Origin: Alphaproteobacteria bacterium
GTDB lineage: Bacteria > Pseudomonadota > Alphaproteobacteria > ATCC43930 > CGMCC-115725
Direction of reading: 5' to 3'
Length of the DNA: 64,000 bases
Assembly: GCA_050246595.1 (NCBI GenBank)
Contig: JBFWVT010000021.1
Span: 822-64,821 of the forward strand
Made by a program: the position numbers and the translations under genes. A model generated the notes under the pieces. That model was not told the DNA's origin, made no database searches, and saw only the letters and a list, made by a program, of their open reading frames with translations. Shown here one piece after another: positions 29,736 through 39,314 of the stretch. Position 1 is the stretch's first letter, and the number at the start of each line of letters is the position of its first letter.

Positions 29736-30352
29736 CCCTCGTCGGCGAGCAGGGCCTGAACGGCTGCCTCGTCGGGGCAGGCGAGGACGGTTTCGGCGGT
29801 GCGGCGGGCGAAACCGGCGCGGGCGAAGGCGGCGAGTTCGGCTCGATGGAGGTCGCCCCCATCGCGATCGACTGGCTCGCGCGGGGGCGGGTCTCTGCGG
29901 AACGGTCCCAGACGGCGACGGCGGGCGAAGGCGATGGCGGCAGCGAGGTCGGGGTCGGCGGCTTCGTCGCGTAGGGAAGCGATGGCCGCTTCGGTATCGA
30001 CGGCGCCGACCCCTTTTGCGGCGAGACCGGCGGCGATCCGGCGCAATGAGCGTCCCTGCGTCACCCCGCGCCGGGCACGGCCCGCGGCAAAGGCGGCATC
30101 GTCGACCAGCCCGGTCTCGCGACAGCGCTTGACGACCGCATCGATCAGCTTTTCGACCGCGGCGGCGCCCTCGCGATCGCCGGACTCTCCGACCATGAGC
30201 CGGCGGCGGACGCGGCGGCGCAGGACCTGCCGCAAATTCTCAGCGGTGCTGGCGTAGCGTCCGAGATAGGACAGCGCCCATTCTTCGAGCAACGCGGCGT
30301 CGATCGCCCGTTCCGACCCGCCCTCTCCCGGCGCCGATCGCCTGCGTGCCAT
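29717..30352 (-). CDS. recX: RecA regulator RecX
   Basis: 211 aa. RecX-type helical repeats (WALSYLGRYASTAENLRQVLRRRV, KLIDAVVKRCRETGLVDDAAFA). No recA is adjacent. Confidence 0.75.
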   Translation of the reverse strand: MARRRSAPGEGGSERAIDAALLEEWALSYLGRYASTAENLRQVLRRRVRRRLMVGESGDREGAAAVEKLIDAVVKRCRETGLVDDAAFAAGRARRGVTQGRSLRRIAAGLAAKGVGAVDTEAAIASLRDEAADPDLAAAIAFARRRRLGPFRRDPPPREPVDRDGGDLHRAELAAFARAGFARRTAETVLACPDEAAVQALLADEGSKTMG

Positions 30353-30449
30353 TCCGGCGCGTTCCTCCGCTTCCGTTCCCGCCTATCATAAGACAGGCAA
30401 AATTCCTCGAACGATTGCGTAATCCAACCGCTCAAGACTTTGGCGATAT

Positions 30450-30506
30450 CCCCACCCCTCCCTCCCCCGCAATCCCCGGATCAAGTCCGGGGAGGGGAGG
30501 GTTGGG
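30450..30506. repeat. Composite REP hairpin
   Basis: cccacccctccctcccc...ccccggatcaagtccgggg...aggggagggttggg, i.e. nested inverted repeats between recX and the MFS gene. Confidence 0.6.
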
Positions 30507-30545
30507 AAGGAGGCGAGGCTGCGGAATGCGTTAAGCTCAGCGCCG

Positions 30546-31991
30546 ATGGCTATGAGCGAACCCGGCGCCTCGTTTCCGACCGCGGCCGAACCGCGGCTGC
30601 GTATCCTGATCCCGCTGATCGTCGGTTGCGCCTTTTTTATGGAGGGGCTCGACTCGACGATGATCGCCGTCGCGATCCCGGCGATGGCGGCGGATCTCGG
30701 CGAGACGCCGCTGCGGCTCAGCCTGGTGATTACGGCGTATCTCTTGAGCCTGGCGGTGTTTATCCCGGTCAGCGGCTGGATCGCCGACCGGTTCGGGGCG
30801 CGGCGCGTGTTCTGCGCGGCGGTGCTGATCTTTGCCGGCGGGTCGGCGCTGTGCGGGCTGGCGGACAGCCTGCCGATGCTGATCGCGATGCGGGTCGTGC
30901 AGGGGTTTGGCGGTGCGATGATGACGCCGGTCGGACGGCTCGTGCTGCTGCGCAGCTTTCCGCGCGCTGGGCTGGTTTCAGCGATGAACTGGATGACGAT
31001 CCCGTCGATGATCGGACCGATGGTCGGGCCGGTGATCGGCGGTGTGCTGACCGATTACGCCTCGTGGCGCTGGATCTTTTTTCTGAATATTCCGATCGGG
31101 GTATTGGGCGGCGGGCTGGCGCTGTGGTTTTTCAAGGATTTCCGGGCGCCCGCCCCGGCCCGGTTCGATCTGGTGGGTTTCGTCATTGCCGGGGTGGCGC
31201 TGTTTCTGCTCGAACTGGCGCTCGAAAATCTCGGGCATCCGGTATTGCCGACCGGGCTCGGCATCGCGTTTTTCCCGATCGCGCTGGTGATGCTGCTGGC
31301 CTATTGGCACCACGCACGGCACAGCCCGGCCCCGGTGCTCGACCTCGCCCTGCTCCAGATCAAGACCTTTAATATCGGCACGATGGTCGGCGGGCTGTGC
31401 CGGATCGGGCTTGACGCGACGCCGTTTCTGCTGCCGCTGCTGTTTCAGGTCGGGTTCGGGCGCAGCGCCACCGAGGCCGGGCTGCTGACGGTTTCGTCGG
31501 TGCTCGGCGCGATGATGGTGCGCACCCTGTCGCGCCGGTTATTGCGGCTGACCGGGTTCCGGCGCGCGCTGGTCGGCGGCGCCCTGCTGTCGGGGGCGGT
31601 GACGGCCTCCTTCGCGCTGCTCGGCGCGGCCAGCCCGGTATGGGTGATCGTGCTGATCGTCTTTGTCTCGGGCTGCGTGCGCAGCATCCAGTATCTCGCG
31701 CTCAACACGATCAGCTATGCCGACGTGCCGTCGGCGATGCTGAGCCGCGCCACCGGGTTTGGCGGCGTCGTGCAGCAACTGGCGCGCGGCTTCGGGGTCG
31801 CGATCGGGGCGGCGCTGCTCGCACTCGTGTCCGGGGCCGGGCCGGTCACGGTCGATCATTTCCGCATCGTTTTCGTGCTGATCGGGCTGCTGCCGCTCGT
31901 GTCGGCGCTCGGTTTCATGCGGCTGTCGCCGAGCGACGGGGCCGAGGTCAGCGGCTACCGGGTTCCAAGCCGGAAGGCGGCGGCGGATTAG
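30546..31991 (+). CDS. MFS transporter, 14-TM DHA2 (EmrB/QacA-like) drug:H+ antiporter family
   Basis: 481 aa with about 14 hydrophobic segments. MFS motif A-like GWIADRFGARRV. Confidence 0.85.
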   Translation: MAMSEPGASFPTAAEPRLRILIPLIVGCAFFMEGLDSTMIAVAIPAMAADLGETPLRLSLVITAYLLSLAVFIPVSGWIADRFGARRVFCAAVLIFAGGSALCGLADSLPMLIAMRVVQGFGGAMMTPVGRLVLLRSFPRAGLVSAMNWMTIPSMIGPMVGPVIGGVLTDYASWRWIFFLNIPIGVLGGGLALWFFKDFRAPAPARFDLVGFVIAGVALFLLELALENLGHPVLPTGLGIAFFPIALVMLLAYWHHARHSPAPVLDLALLQIKTFNIGTMVGGLCRIGLDATPFLLPLLFQVGFGRSATEAGLLTVSSVLGAMMVRTLSRRLLRLTGFRRALVGGALLSGAVTASFALLGAASPVWVIVLIVFVSGCVRSIQYLALNTISYADVPSAMLSRATGFGGVVQQLARGFGVAIGAALLALVSGAGPVTVDHFRIVFVLIGLLPLVSALGFMRLSPSDGAEVSGYRVPSRKAAAD

Positions 31992-32116
31992 CACGCAACG
32001 CCCGACGCGCGGATTGCTGTTTCCCCAAGGTAACGAGACATCCGTCCCCGGCTCCTCTACGATGGAGTCAGGCTGCCGCGGCACGGCGGACCTGAAACAA
32101 ACGGGAGGAAACGCGA

Positions 32117-33787
32117 ATGAGACCGGGCGTATTGCGTCTGTGGCTGGCGGCGCTCGGCATCGCGCTGGCGGCGACGCCGGCGGCGGCCGAGGAGAAACCG
32201 AAATACGGCGGCACGCTGACCTATCTGATCCCGGCGGATTCGCCGCCGACCTTTGACGCGCATCGCGAGCAGACATACGCGACGATCCATTCGGCGGCGC
32301 CTTTCTACAGCATGCTGGTGCGGGTCAACCCGATGAACCCGGGATCGACGACCGATATCGTCTGCGATGTCTGCACCGAGCTGCCGACCCCGACCGACGA
32401 CGGCAAGATTTGGACGTTCAAGATCCGCGACGGCATCAAATTCCATAACGGCGACAAGCTGACCGCCGCGGATGTCGCAGCGAGTTTCAACAAGATCGCG
32501 TTTCCGCCGCCGGGGGCGACGAGTCCGCGAGCCAGCAATTTCGACATGGTCGAAAAGATCGAGGCGACCGATCCGGGCACGGTCGTTTTCCGTCTCAAAT
32601 TCGCGACCGACGCGTTTCTGCCGGCGGTCGCCGACCCGTATAACTGGATTTATCAGAAGAAGGTTATCGACAGCGACCCGCGCTGGTACGAGAAGAACAT
32701 TCTCGGGTCCGGGCCGTTCAAATTTGTCGAGTACCAGACCGGCCAGTCAATCAAGGGCGTGCGCCACCCCGATTACCACCACAAGGGGCTGCCCTATCTC
32801 GACGGGTTTGTCGCGATCTACGCGCCGAAACAGGCGACACAGCTCGATGCGATCCGCGCCGATCGCGCCGCGATGGAGTTTCGGGGGTATCCGCCCTCGG
32901 CGATCAAGGAGCTGAAAGAGGAGCTGGGCGACAAGATCGTCGTCCAGGAGCACGACTGGAATTGCGGCCATCTGATCTGGTTCAACCACCAGAAGAAACC
33001 GTTTGACGATGTGCGGGTCCGCAAGGCCCTGACCCTGGCGATCGATCGCTGGGGCGTCTTGCCGAGCCTGTCGCAGATCGCGATCATGCGCAGGGTCGGC
33101 AGCGTCGTCTTCCCGGGATCGCCGCTGGCGCCGTCGCGCGAACAACTGGAGCAGATCCCCGGTTTCTGGCCCGATATCGAAAAATCGCGCGCCGAGGCGC
33201 GGCGTCTGTTGAAGGAGGCGGGTGTCGAAAACCTGACCTTCGAGATGCTCAACCGCGCCACCGATCAGCCCTATAAATATAACGGGATTTGGGCGGTCGA
33301 TCAGTGGAGCAAGATCGGGGTCAAGGTGACCCAGCGCGTGCTGCCGGTCGGACCGTGGTTCGCCGCGCTGCGCGGCGGCGATTTCGGCGTCGGTCTTTCC
33401 GGCAACTGCCAGGGCATCGTCAACCCGCTGCTCGACGTGCACGCCTTTTTGCCGCGATCGGTGAACGACGCCAATTTCGGTTATTACGAAGACCCGGAGC
33501 TGCTCGAAATCCACGAAAAGGCGCTGCGCTCGGCGGACCCGCAGGAGCAGAAGGAGCTGATGCACCAGTTCGTCAAGCGCGTCATGGGCGACGAAGCGCA
33601 TATCGCGTTTCTGGGATGGTGGTATCGGCTGGTGCCGCACCGGGCCTATGTGAACGGCTGGAAGATCGGATCGAGCCACTATCTGAACCAGGACCTCGGC
33701 ACGATCTGGCTGTCCGCCCCGCAATGCGGTTCCTGCACCGACCAGCCGCCTGCCGCCGAGAAGCGGGCCGAGGCGCAGAGCAAATAA
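32117..33787 (+). CDS. ABC transporter substrate-binding protein, family 5 (orphan)
   Basis: 556 aa with a signal peptide. Motifs KYGGTLTYLIPADSPPTFD, IKFHNGDKLTAADVAASF and PDYHHKGLPYLDGF. No permease or ATPase gene is adjacent. Confidence 0.88.
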   Translation: MRPGVLRLWLAALGIALAATPAAAEEKPKYGGTLTYLIPADSPPTFDAHREQTYATIHSAAPFYSMLVRVNPMNPGSTTDIVCDVCTELPTPTDDGKIWTFKIRDGIKFHNGDKLTAADVAASFNKIAFPPPGATSPRASNFDMVEKIEATDPGTVVFRLKFATDAFLPAVADPYNWIYQKKVIDSDPRWYEKNILGSGPFKFVEYQTGQSIKGVRHPDYHHKGLPYLDGFVAIYAPKQATQLDAIRADRAAMEFRGYPPSAIKELKEELGDKIVVQEHDWNCGHLIWFNHQKKPFDDVRVRKALTLAIDRWGVLPSLSQIAIMRRVGSVVFPGSPLAPSREQLEQIPGFWPDIEKSRAEARRLLKEAGVENLTFEMLNRATDQPYKYNGIWAVDQWSKIGVKVTQRVLPVGPWFAALRGGDFGVGLSGNCQGIVNPLLDVHAFLPRSVNDANFGYYEDPELLEIHEKALRSADPQEQKELMHQFVKRVMGDEAHIAFLGWWYRLVPHRAYVNGWKIGSSHYLNQDLGTIWLSAPQCGSCTDQPPAAEKRAEAQSK

Positions 33788-33855
33788 GCGGCTCGACCCG
33801 CCGGTGGTGACTCAGTTTAAGATTGGCCCGCTGCGCCACCCCCGAGCAACCCCTC

Positions 33856-33883
33856 GGGACCGCCGGCGTCCCGCCGGCGGTCC
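33856..33883. repeat. REP hairpin (GGGACCGCCGGCG / CGCCGGCGGTCC family)
   Basis: gggaccgccggcgtcccgccggcggtcc, same family as 7201-7236. Confidence 0.55.
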
Positions 33884-34199
33884 TGAAGCGCCCTCGGCAA
33901 GCTGACTTGTCTTCGGATGAGGCCTCGGTTTGGGATCGGATCATACTGCCATTTCGGGACGGTCGCCGCGGATCCGGCCTGTGCCGCAGAAGGACAAGGT
34001 CAAAATTCAAACTGAGACACTACCGACCCGCCGGCTGTAATGCGGGCACTCTTTCCGGTGGCTTATGCTATCGGATCGGGTGCGCTGCTCTACTCATCGC
34101 GATAGCGATTATCCAAAGTTGCAACGAACACTGTTGCTTTGCTCCCGTTTGCATCCGCCGGTCCGGAAGAGACCCGGCGATCGTGAACGGGAGGAACGC

Positions 34200-35894
34200 A
34201 TGAGGGTCGTAGGGTTCTTGCCTTTGGCCGCGGCCGCGCTTGGGGCTGCTCTTGTCGCCGCGAACCCGGCGGGCGCGACGGACAATGCGAAAGCCGCGGA
34301 AAGTGCGAAATATGGCGGCAAACTCGTCTACATGATCCCGGCGGATTCCCCGCCGAGCTTTGACGGGCATCAGGAAACCACCTTCGCGACGGTTCACAGC
34401 GTGGCGCCGTTCTACAGCGTCCTGGTCCGGATCAACCCGCAAAACCCGTCCTCGACAACCGATTTCGTGTGCGATGTCTGCGCGGAAATGCCCGAGCCGG
34501 ACGATGGCGGCAAGACATGGACATTCAAGATCCGCGACAACGTCAAATTTCACAACGGCGACAAACTCACCGCGCATGATGTGGCCGCCAGCTTCAAGGC
34601 GATCATATCGCCGCCGGAGGGTGTGCTGAGCCCGCGGGCCAGCAACTTTACGATGGTCGAGGATGTCCAGGCACAAGACGACAAGACGGTCGTGTTTCGC
34701 TTGAAATACCCGACGAGCGCATTTCTGCCGGCGCTCGCCGACCCGTTCAATTTTATTTACCAGAAGAAGGTACTCGACAAGGACCCCGGCTGGTACCGGG
34801 AGAACGTGCTCGGGTCCGGCCCGTTCAAGTTCGCCGGATATCACACGGGCCAGTCGATCGAGGGGGTGCGCAACCCGGACTATCACCATAAGGGGCTGCC
34901 GTATCTTGACGGCTTTATCGGGATTTACGCCCCAAAGCAGGCAACCCAGATCGATGCGATCCGCGCCGACCGCGCCGCGACGATCTTCCGCGGCTATCCG
35001 CCCGAGGCGATCGCACAACTGACCGATGCGCTCGGCGACCAGGTCACGGTTTTGCAAAGCGACTGGAACTGCGGCAGCCGGCTCGAAATCAACCACACGA
35101 GAAAACCGTTCGATGACCCGCGGGTGCGCCGGGCCTTGTCGCTCGCAATCGACCGCTGGGGCACCGCGCCGGAGCTGTCCCGGATCGCCAACGTGCGCAC
35201 GGTCGGCAGCATCGTCTTTCCGGGGTCGCCGCTGGCGCCGACAAAGGAAGAGCTGGAGAAGATCGCCGGGTTCTGGCCGGATATCGAGAAGTCGCGCGCC
35301 GAGGCGAGGCGGCTTTTGAAGGAAGCCGGCGCCGAGAACCTCGAAATCGAGCTGCTCAACCGCAACGTAGACCAACCCTATAAGTATGTCGCCATCTGGG
35401 TCATCGACCAATGGCGCAAGATCGGGGTCAACGCCAGACAGCGGGTGGTGCCGACCGGACCGTGGTATTCAGCGCGACGCAGCGGCGATTTCGATGTCAA
35501 TGTCGGCGCCAACTGCCACAGCGTCGTCAACCCGGTAATCGACATACAGCCCTATCTGCCGAATTCGGTCTACAAGGCGCAGTACGGCAAATACGAAGAC
35601 CCGAAGCAGGTCGAGCTGTACAACAAGGTGCTGCACGAGACCGACCCCGAGAAGCAGCGCGCCGCGATGTATCAATTCGTCAAGCACGAAATGGACACCG
35701 AAGCGCACTCGCCCTTTCTGTTGTGGTGGTATCGCATGGTGCCGCAGCGTACCTATGTGAATGGCTGGAAGATCAGCCCGAGCCACTATATCAACCAGGA
35801 CTTGGCCACGATCTGGCTCAGCCCGCCGAAATGCGAAGAATGCGGGACCCAAGCGCCGGCGAGCGAGACGCAGGCCGTCGCGGCGCAGAAATAG
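34200..35894 (+). CDS. ABC transporter substrate-binding protein, family 5 (orphan, tandem paralog of 32117..33787)
   Basis: Start at ATG 34200 (MRVVGFLPLAAAALGAALVAANPAGA). It is colinear with the previous gene (KYGGKLVYMIPADSPPSFD, VKFHNGDKLTAHDVAASF, PDYHHKGLPYLDGF). Confidence 0.88.
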   Translation: MRVVGFLPLAAAALGAALVAANPAGATDNAKAAESAKYGGKLVYMIPADSPPSFDGHQETTFATVHSVAPFYSVLVRINPQNPSSTTDFVCDVCAEMPEPDDGGKTWTFKIRDNVKFHNGDKLTAHDVAASFKAIISPPEGVLSPRASNFTMVEDVQAQDDKTVVFRLKYPTSAFLPALADPFNFIYQKKVLDKDPGWYRENVLGSGPFKFAGYHTGQSIEGVRNPDYHHKGLPYLDGFIGIYAPKQATQIDAIRADRAATIFRGYPPEAIAQLTDALGDQVTVLQSDWNCGSRLEINHTRKPFDDPRVRRALSLAIDRWGTAPELSRIANVRTVGSIVFPGSPLAPTKEELEKIAGFWPDIEKSRAEARRLLKEAGAENLEIELLNRNVDQPYKYVAIWVIDQWRKIGVNARQRVVPTGPWYSARRSGDFDVNVGANCHSVVNPVIDIQPYLPNSVYKAQYGKYEDPKQVELYNKVLHETDPEKQRAAMYQFVKHEMDTEAHSPFLLWWYRMVPQRTYVNGWKISPSHYINQDLATIWLSPPKCEECGTQAPASETQAVAAQK

Positions 35895-35938
35895 CCCGCC
35901 GCGTGCCCGGCGCAGGATGGGAATGGAATGGAGGGGAT

Positions 35939-36985
35939 CTATTCCGCGGCCTGCGCCGCCGCGCAGCGCCGCCGCAGCGCGGTCACAAGCGCATCGGCCT
36001 CGGCGTCGGTCAGATCGAAGCGGCAAACAAAGCGGGCCATCGTCCGGCCGCGGCGATAGAACTGGAACCCGTCCCGCTCCAGCGCGTCCATCGCGTCGGC
36101 AGACAGTTCGAGGAAAATCTCGTTCGCCTCGACCGGCGCGATCAGGCGCAGACCGGGCAGGTTCGCGATCCCCGCGGCGATACGCGAGGCGGCTTTGTTT
36201 GACGCCTGCGCGAGACGCAGCCACAGCCCGTCCTCGACATAGGCCATCAACTGCGCCGACGCAAAGCGCATCTTCGACCAGACCTGCCCGGCGCGACGCA
36301 AATTCCACCCCAGATTCTCGGCCAGCTCGGGATTGAACACGACGACCGCGTCGCACAGCGCGCCGCCGTTCTTGGTCGCGCCGAACGACAGGATGTCGAC
36401 GCCGGCGCGCCAGCTCATCTCGGCCGGGCTGCACCCGAGCCGCGCCACCGCGTTGGCGAAACGCGCGCCGTCCATGTGGACCTTCAGCCGATAGGCCCTG
36501 GCGGTTTCGGTGATGGCACTGATATCGTCGAGCCGGTAGACCGCACCGAGATCGCTGGCCTGCGTGATATTGACCCCGGACGGCTTGCCGCGATGCAACG
36601 CGGCGGGATCGAGCGCGCTCAGCGTCCCGCGCAATGCCTCGGGATCGATACGGCCATAGGTGCCGGCGACCGGCACGAGCTTCAACCCGCCGGAAAGAAA
36701 CCCGGCCGCGTTCGCCTCCGAGGTGTTGATGTGCGCCGCCTCGCTGCAATAGACATTGCCCCAGCCCGGCCCGATCGCGGCCAGCGACAGCGCGTTGGCG
36801 GCGGTGCCGGTGGCCACCGGAAAGACCCGCACCCGAGTCTCGAACAGTTCGCTGAAACGGTCCTGCAACCGCGCCGTCCACTCGTCGCCGCCATAGCCGA
36901 GCGCGGTGCCGGTATTGGCGCGCAGTATCGCGTCGAGGATCTCCGGCGCGGCCCGACCGGTATTGTCGCTGCGAAAGTCGATCAT
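35939..36985 (-). CDS. ltaE: Low-specificity L-threonine aldolase (PLP, beta-eliminating lyase family)
   Basis: Start at ATG 36985 (MIDFRSDNTGRAAPEILDAI). Motifs TGTAANALSL and SFGATKNG (PLP lysine). The ORF-track start at 37141 is an extension. Confidence 0.85.
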   Translation of the reverse strand: MIDFRSDNTGRAAPEILDAILRANTGTALGYGGDEWTARLQDRFSELFETRVRVFPVATGTAANALSLAAIGPGWGNVYCSEAAHINTSEANAAGFLSGGLKLVPVAGTYGRIDPEALRGTLSALDPAALHRGKPSGVNITQASDLGAVYRLDDISAITETARAYRLKVHMDGARFANAVARLGCSPAEMSWRAGVDILSFGATKNGGALCDAVVVFNPELAENLGWNLRRAGQVWSKMRFASAQLMAYVEDGLWLRLAQASNKAASRIAAGIANLPGLRLIAPVEANEIFLELSADAMDALERDGFQFYRRGRTMARFVCRFDLTDAEADALVTALRRRCAAAQAAE

Positions 36986-37128
36986 GTTTCCCGTCCCGTT
37001 CGCCTCGGCCCAGCTTAGCCGCTTGCTTGCCGTAGTGCACGGCTGACGACCAGCGGCGATCCTATTCGGGATTTCGGCGACCGCAGGAAATGCTATGTAT
37101 CGCTCGTACATTGCAGGCGGAGGGGCCC

Positions 37129-37344
37129 ATGCAAACCGCAAAGCTGTTCTGGTCCGGCGGATCGCAGGCGGTGCGGCTGCCGAAGAAATTCCGCTTCGAG
37201 GGCAGCGCGGTGCGGATTCGTCGGCATGGCAATGCCGTAATTCTGGAGCCGATCGCTGACAACTGGGATTGGCTCGATGCGGTTATCGGAAAGTTTGATG
37301 AGGACTTTATAAAGGCTGTGAATGAAAAGCCGATTTTCCTGTAA
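37129..37344 (+). CDS. AbrB/SpoVT-fold type II antitoxin (VapB-like)
   Basis: Start at ATG 37129: MQTAKLFWSGGSQAVRLPKKFRFEGSAVRIRRHGNAVILEPI..., the classic VapB/MazE-type swapped-hairpin N-terminus, 71 aa. GC drops within its 3' third. Confidence 0.7.
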   Translation: MQTAKLFWSGGSQAVRLPKKFRFEGSAVRIRRHGNAVILEPIADNWDWLDAVIGKFDEDFIKAVNEKPIFL

Positions 37345-37401
37345 TGTTTTTGCAGTTCCATAATATATGAATTATCGTGATTTAGAATTCACGAGAATTG
37401 A

Positions 37402-37947
37402 ATGTTAGTCACTCCAACTGCCAGCCAAATCCGCGCAAAGCTCTGCGCCGTTGCATTCGGTGAACCGCTGATCTCGAATATTTATCGTGGACTGGTTGCC
37501 GAGATTATCGTTGGGGAAGCGCTCGGTTCGAAATGGCGATTCTGTGCCGGCGACTGGCGCGGTTGGGACTTTGAGCACGCCGAAGGCTGCCGCTTGGAAA
37601 TAAAACAGTCGGCGGCGCGACAGACCTGGACCGGATCGCGCACCGCGTCGAAGCCGATTTTCGACGTTCGCGCCCGTAAGGGATATTTCGAGGGCACCGA
37701 TTGGATTAAGATATCCGACCCGCGCCGGTTCGCCGACATTTATGTGTTTGCGTATCACCCTATTATGGATGCTACCGCGGATCATTGTGACCCGCTGCAA
37801 TGGCGATTTCATGTTATTCCGACAAATCGGCTTCCGGAAGGCAAAACGATTAGTCTTGCTCGATTGGCATTGTTGATTAATGACGTACCATGGACGGAAT
37901 TGGAAACTACCATCGAAAGTTTACGAATAGCGCTTCAAGCCACTTGA
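37402..37947 (+). CDS. Predicted PD-(D/E)xK-fold nuclease, uncharacterised (low-GC patch)
   Basis: 181 aa. Ordered motif GLVAE...GWDFEH...RLEIKQS (E, D, ExK), then a hydrophobic strand ADIYVFAYH. A sampled line is 43% GC. No methyltransferase or PIN gene is adjacent. Confidence 0.5.
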   Translation: MLVTPTASQIRAKLCAVAFGEPLISNIYRGLVAEIIVGEALGSKWRFCAGDWRGWDFEHAEGCRLEIKQSAARQTWTGSRTASKPIFDVRARKGYFEGTDWIKISDPRRFADIYVFAYHPIMDATADHCDPLQWRFHVIPTNRLPEGKTISLARLALLINDVPWTELETTIESLRIALQAT

Positions 37948-37960
37948 ATAGCTCAGGCTC

Positions 37961-39211
37961 ATGCAATCCTACTCCTTCCTCTCGCTCGCCCGGCATGCGC
38001 TGACCGGGCATCGGAACTGGCGCCCGGCCTGGCGCAAGGCGGCGCCGCGGCAGCGCTACGATGTCGTGATCGTCGGCGGCGGCGGGCACGGGCTGGCGAC
38101 TGCGTATTATCTCGCCAGGGAGCACGGGGTGCGCGATGTCGCGGTGCTCGAAAAAGGCCCGATCGGTCTCGGCAATACCGGACGCAACACAACGATCATC
38201 CGCTCGAACTATCTGTGGGACGCCAGCGCGCGGATTTACGAGCACTCGCTGAAGCTGTGGGAGGGGCTGTCGGCCGAACTCAATTTCAACCTGATGCTCA
38301 GCCAGCGCGGCGTGCTGAACCTGGCGCACAACGAGGCCGATATCCGCGAGGGGACGCGGCGGGTCAACGCCAACCGGCTCAACGGGATCGACGCCGAATG
38401 GCTCGACGCGGATGCGGTCAAACGCTTCTGCCCGATACTGAACATCTCGCGCGAGGCGCGCTATCCAGTGCTTGGCGCGACATTGCAGCGACGCGGCGGG
38501 GTGGCGCGGCACGACGCGGTCGCCTGGGGCTATGCGCGGGCCGCCGATGCGCGCGGGGTCGATATCGTCGAGAATTGCGAGGTCACGGCGATCCGCACCG
38601 AAGGCGGGCGGGTAGTCGGCGTCGAAACCACCCGCGGCGCGATCGCCGCCGACAAGATCGCGATCTCGGCCGCCGGGCATAATTCGGTGGTCGCGGCGAT
38701 GGCCGGGGTGCGTCTGCCGTTGCAGAGCCACCCGTTGCAGGCGCTGGTCTCGGAGCCGGTCAAGCCGGTGCTCGACTGCGTCGTGATGTCGGGCACCGTG
38801 CATGTCTATGTCAGCCAGAGCGACAAGGGCGAACTGGTCATGGGGGCCGGTATCGACGCGTATAATTCCTATGCGCAGCGCGGCTCGTTTCACGTCATCG
38901 AGGGGCAGATGGCGGCGCTCTTGGAGCTGTTTCCGATCTTCTCGCGTCTCAGGATGCTGCGAAGCTGGGCCGGGATCGTCGATGTCGCGCCGGACGCATC
39001 GCCGATCATCGGCAAATTGCCGGTTGCCGGGCTCTATCTGAACGGCGGCTGGGGCACCGGCGGGTTCAAGGCGACCCCCGGCGCCGGCTGGGTCTTCGCC
39101 CATACGATCGCGCGCGACGAGCCGCACCCGCTGGCCGCCCCGTTTGCGCTCGACCGCTTTACGACCGGCGCGCTGGTGGACGAGCACGCAGCGGCGGCGG
39201 TATCGCACTGA
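37961..39211 (+). CDS. soxB: Sarcosine oxidase beta-subunit-like FAD-dependent oxidoreductase (orphan)
   Basis: 416 aa. N-terminus [48 protein letters not shown] and [14 protein letters not shown]. There is no soxD/soxA/soxG downstream. Confidence 0.75.
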   Translation: MQSYSFLSLARHALTGHRNWRPAWRKAAPRQRYDVVIVGGGGHGLATAYYLAREHGVRDVAVLEKGPIGLGNTGRNTTIIRSNYLWDASARIYEHSLKLWEGLSAELNFNLMLSQRGVLNLAHNEADIREGTRRVNANRLNGIDAEWLDADAVKRFCPILNISREARYPVLGATLQRRGGVARHDAVAWGYARAADARGVDIVENCEVTAIRTEGGRVVGVETTRGAIAADKIAISAAGHNSVVAAMAGVRLPLQSHPLQALVSEPVKPVLDCVVMSGTVHVYVSQSDKGELVMGAGIDAYNSYAQRGSFHVIEGQMAALLELFPIFSRLRMLRSWAGIVDVAPDASPIIGKLPVAGLYLNGGWGTGGFKATPGAGWVFAHTIARDEPHPLAAPFALDRFTTGALVDEHAAAAVSH

Positions 39212-39230
39212 CCCCCCGCGCCCGGGACTC

Positions 39231-39291
39231 TGGACCAATGCCCCCACCCTGCCCTCCCCCGCAAGCGGGGGAGGGTTGAGGAAGGGGTGCG
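39231..39291 (+). repeat. REP element (CCCCCACCCTGCCCTCCCCCGCAAGCGGGGGAGGG family)
   Basis: tggaccaatgcccccaccctgccctcccccgcaagcgggggagggttgagga. It is near-identical to 41335-41395 and in the same orientation. Confidence 0.75.
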
Positions 39292-39314
39292 ACCCGACCG
39301 GTGAGCGCCTCGGG

